Positions 62,860-64,000 of a stretch of DNA of 64,000 nucleotides are shown here, piece by piece. The notes under the pieces are model-generated. The model saw only the letters and a list, made by a program, of their open reading frames with translations. It ran no database searches and was not told the DNA's origin. The stretch is taken from contig MU054026.1 in the NCBI GenBank assembly GCA_013239625.1, forward strand, positions 434,001-498,000, read 5' to 3'. The position numbers were made by a program, and so were the translations under genes. This stretch comes from Lama guanicoe. Taxonomy: Eukaryota. How positions within the stretch are numbered: the first letter of the stretch is position 1; every line of letters begins with the position of its first letter.

Positions 62860-64000
62860 GGTTCCCTTTTACTCACAGACTCTCCAGCATTTATTATTTG
62901 TAGACTTTTTGATGATGGCCCTTCTGACCCGTGACACTGGTCTGTTGAAGAGAACAGGTCATTTGCCCTGTAGAATGAACTACCTTTGGGATTTGTCTGG
63001 CTTGTGGTGTCATATAGCTCACATATTTCCTATATGCTGGAAACTAAGTCAAAAGGCTTCATGAATTCAAGTTAAACATTTCTGGCTTTTAGTTGATTTT
63101 CGATATATAAGTTTGTAGTTTTCCGGAAGATGCATAATATTTGGTTGACCTGTCATTAGTAAGACTAACATCGGCCTCTGGAATAAGTTTAGTAAAGTTG
63201 ATTCAGTCCTTCCATTGTAGAATTATGTTGTTTTTTTTTCTCTTGGGATGAGAAAGTCTTCTGTATAGTATGACTTTGAACTATGTGACTGTATTACTGT
63301 ACAAACCATTCACCTTCCAGTTTTGACATCGGTTGGTAATCCTTTCCTCAAGCAGTTAATTTAATCATAGTTTCTAAAATTTTAAAAATTCCACCACTCC
63401 TTCATTTGTTAGCTGACACTTCTCTGTGAAGAAGAACTTTCTCCCACAAAAGTGGGCTAATTTATTACTCTGAAACCCAGTTCCTACCAGAAAAGCAAGC
63501 TAAATGGTCAACTGTTTTCCTTTATTTCCCAATTTTCAAAGGCAGGAGTAGTGTTAATACTTACCTCCCATGGTGACCAGTGAGATTTCTATGACTTTCT
63601 TTTTTTTTTCATAGTATCATCATGTACTCATTGGTTTTTCATTGATTCAATCTGTTTCAGTCCACTAAACTCATTACTCTTTTCGAGGTCGAAATTGTCA
63701 CAACTTTGACCAGTGTGGCTTCTCCACACTGGCTTGTGGGTGTTTGACACAGTCCCATCCATCTTTGCAGGCACCTTTCTGGCACAAGAGGTCCTGGGTT
63801 CCCCTTGCTCCCTTTCTCACTTAGACTGGAATCAATCATTTCTCCAGGGAGCCTTGGTTTCTTCTCATGGAGAATCGTTATAGAGGCCACAATCTGGGCA
63901 TGAGGGATTTTTTTTTTAATTGAGTTATAGTGTACAGCACAATGCTTCAGTCATATATGAACATACATATATTCATTTTCATATTCTTTTTCACCATGAG
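62860..64000 (-). mobile_element. L1 fragments: short piece at about 62860-62930, ancient L1 to about 63900, young L1 tail from about 63907
   Basis: ctctccagcatttattatttgtagacttttt; gactggaatcaatcatttctccagggagccttgg; tttttaattgagttatagt. Confidence 0.65.

Overview
Mammalian, repeat-rich genomic DNA, most likely from a camelid: it carries several tRNA-derived SINEs resembling the camelid Vic-1 type and young L1 3' ends. There is no prokaryotic-type system (CRISPR, operon, transposase gene) and no intact ERV or L1 ORF. The six-frame ORFs are almost all incidental products of repeats or GC-rich non-coding DNA. Supported architecture: (i) the probable 3' end of an unidentified + strand gene, with frame-compatible exons at 110-214 and 7261-7354, a stop at 7311-7313, a 3'UTR intron and AATAAA at 8017; (ii) about 27 kb of intergenic DNA packed with solo LTRs, old L1, a near-perfect 356-bp tandem duplication, a strong CTCF-like motif and a C34 run; (iii) a CpG island and probable promoter at about 34.75-35.76 kb of a second, probably + strand gene, followed by candidate 5' exons and intronic DNA. 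The most interesting items are an apparent retroposed GC-rich segment in the first gene's intron, about 14 ERV1-like solo LTRs whose orientation shifts across the CpG island, and several small retrotransposition chimeras. I could not support a new biological system. Repeat family names come from recognition, not a database search, and old-repeat boundaries are approximate.
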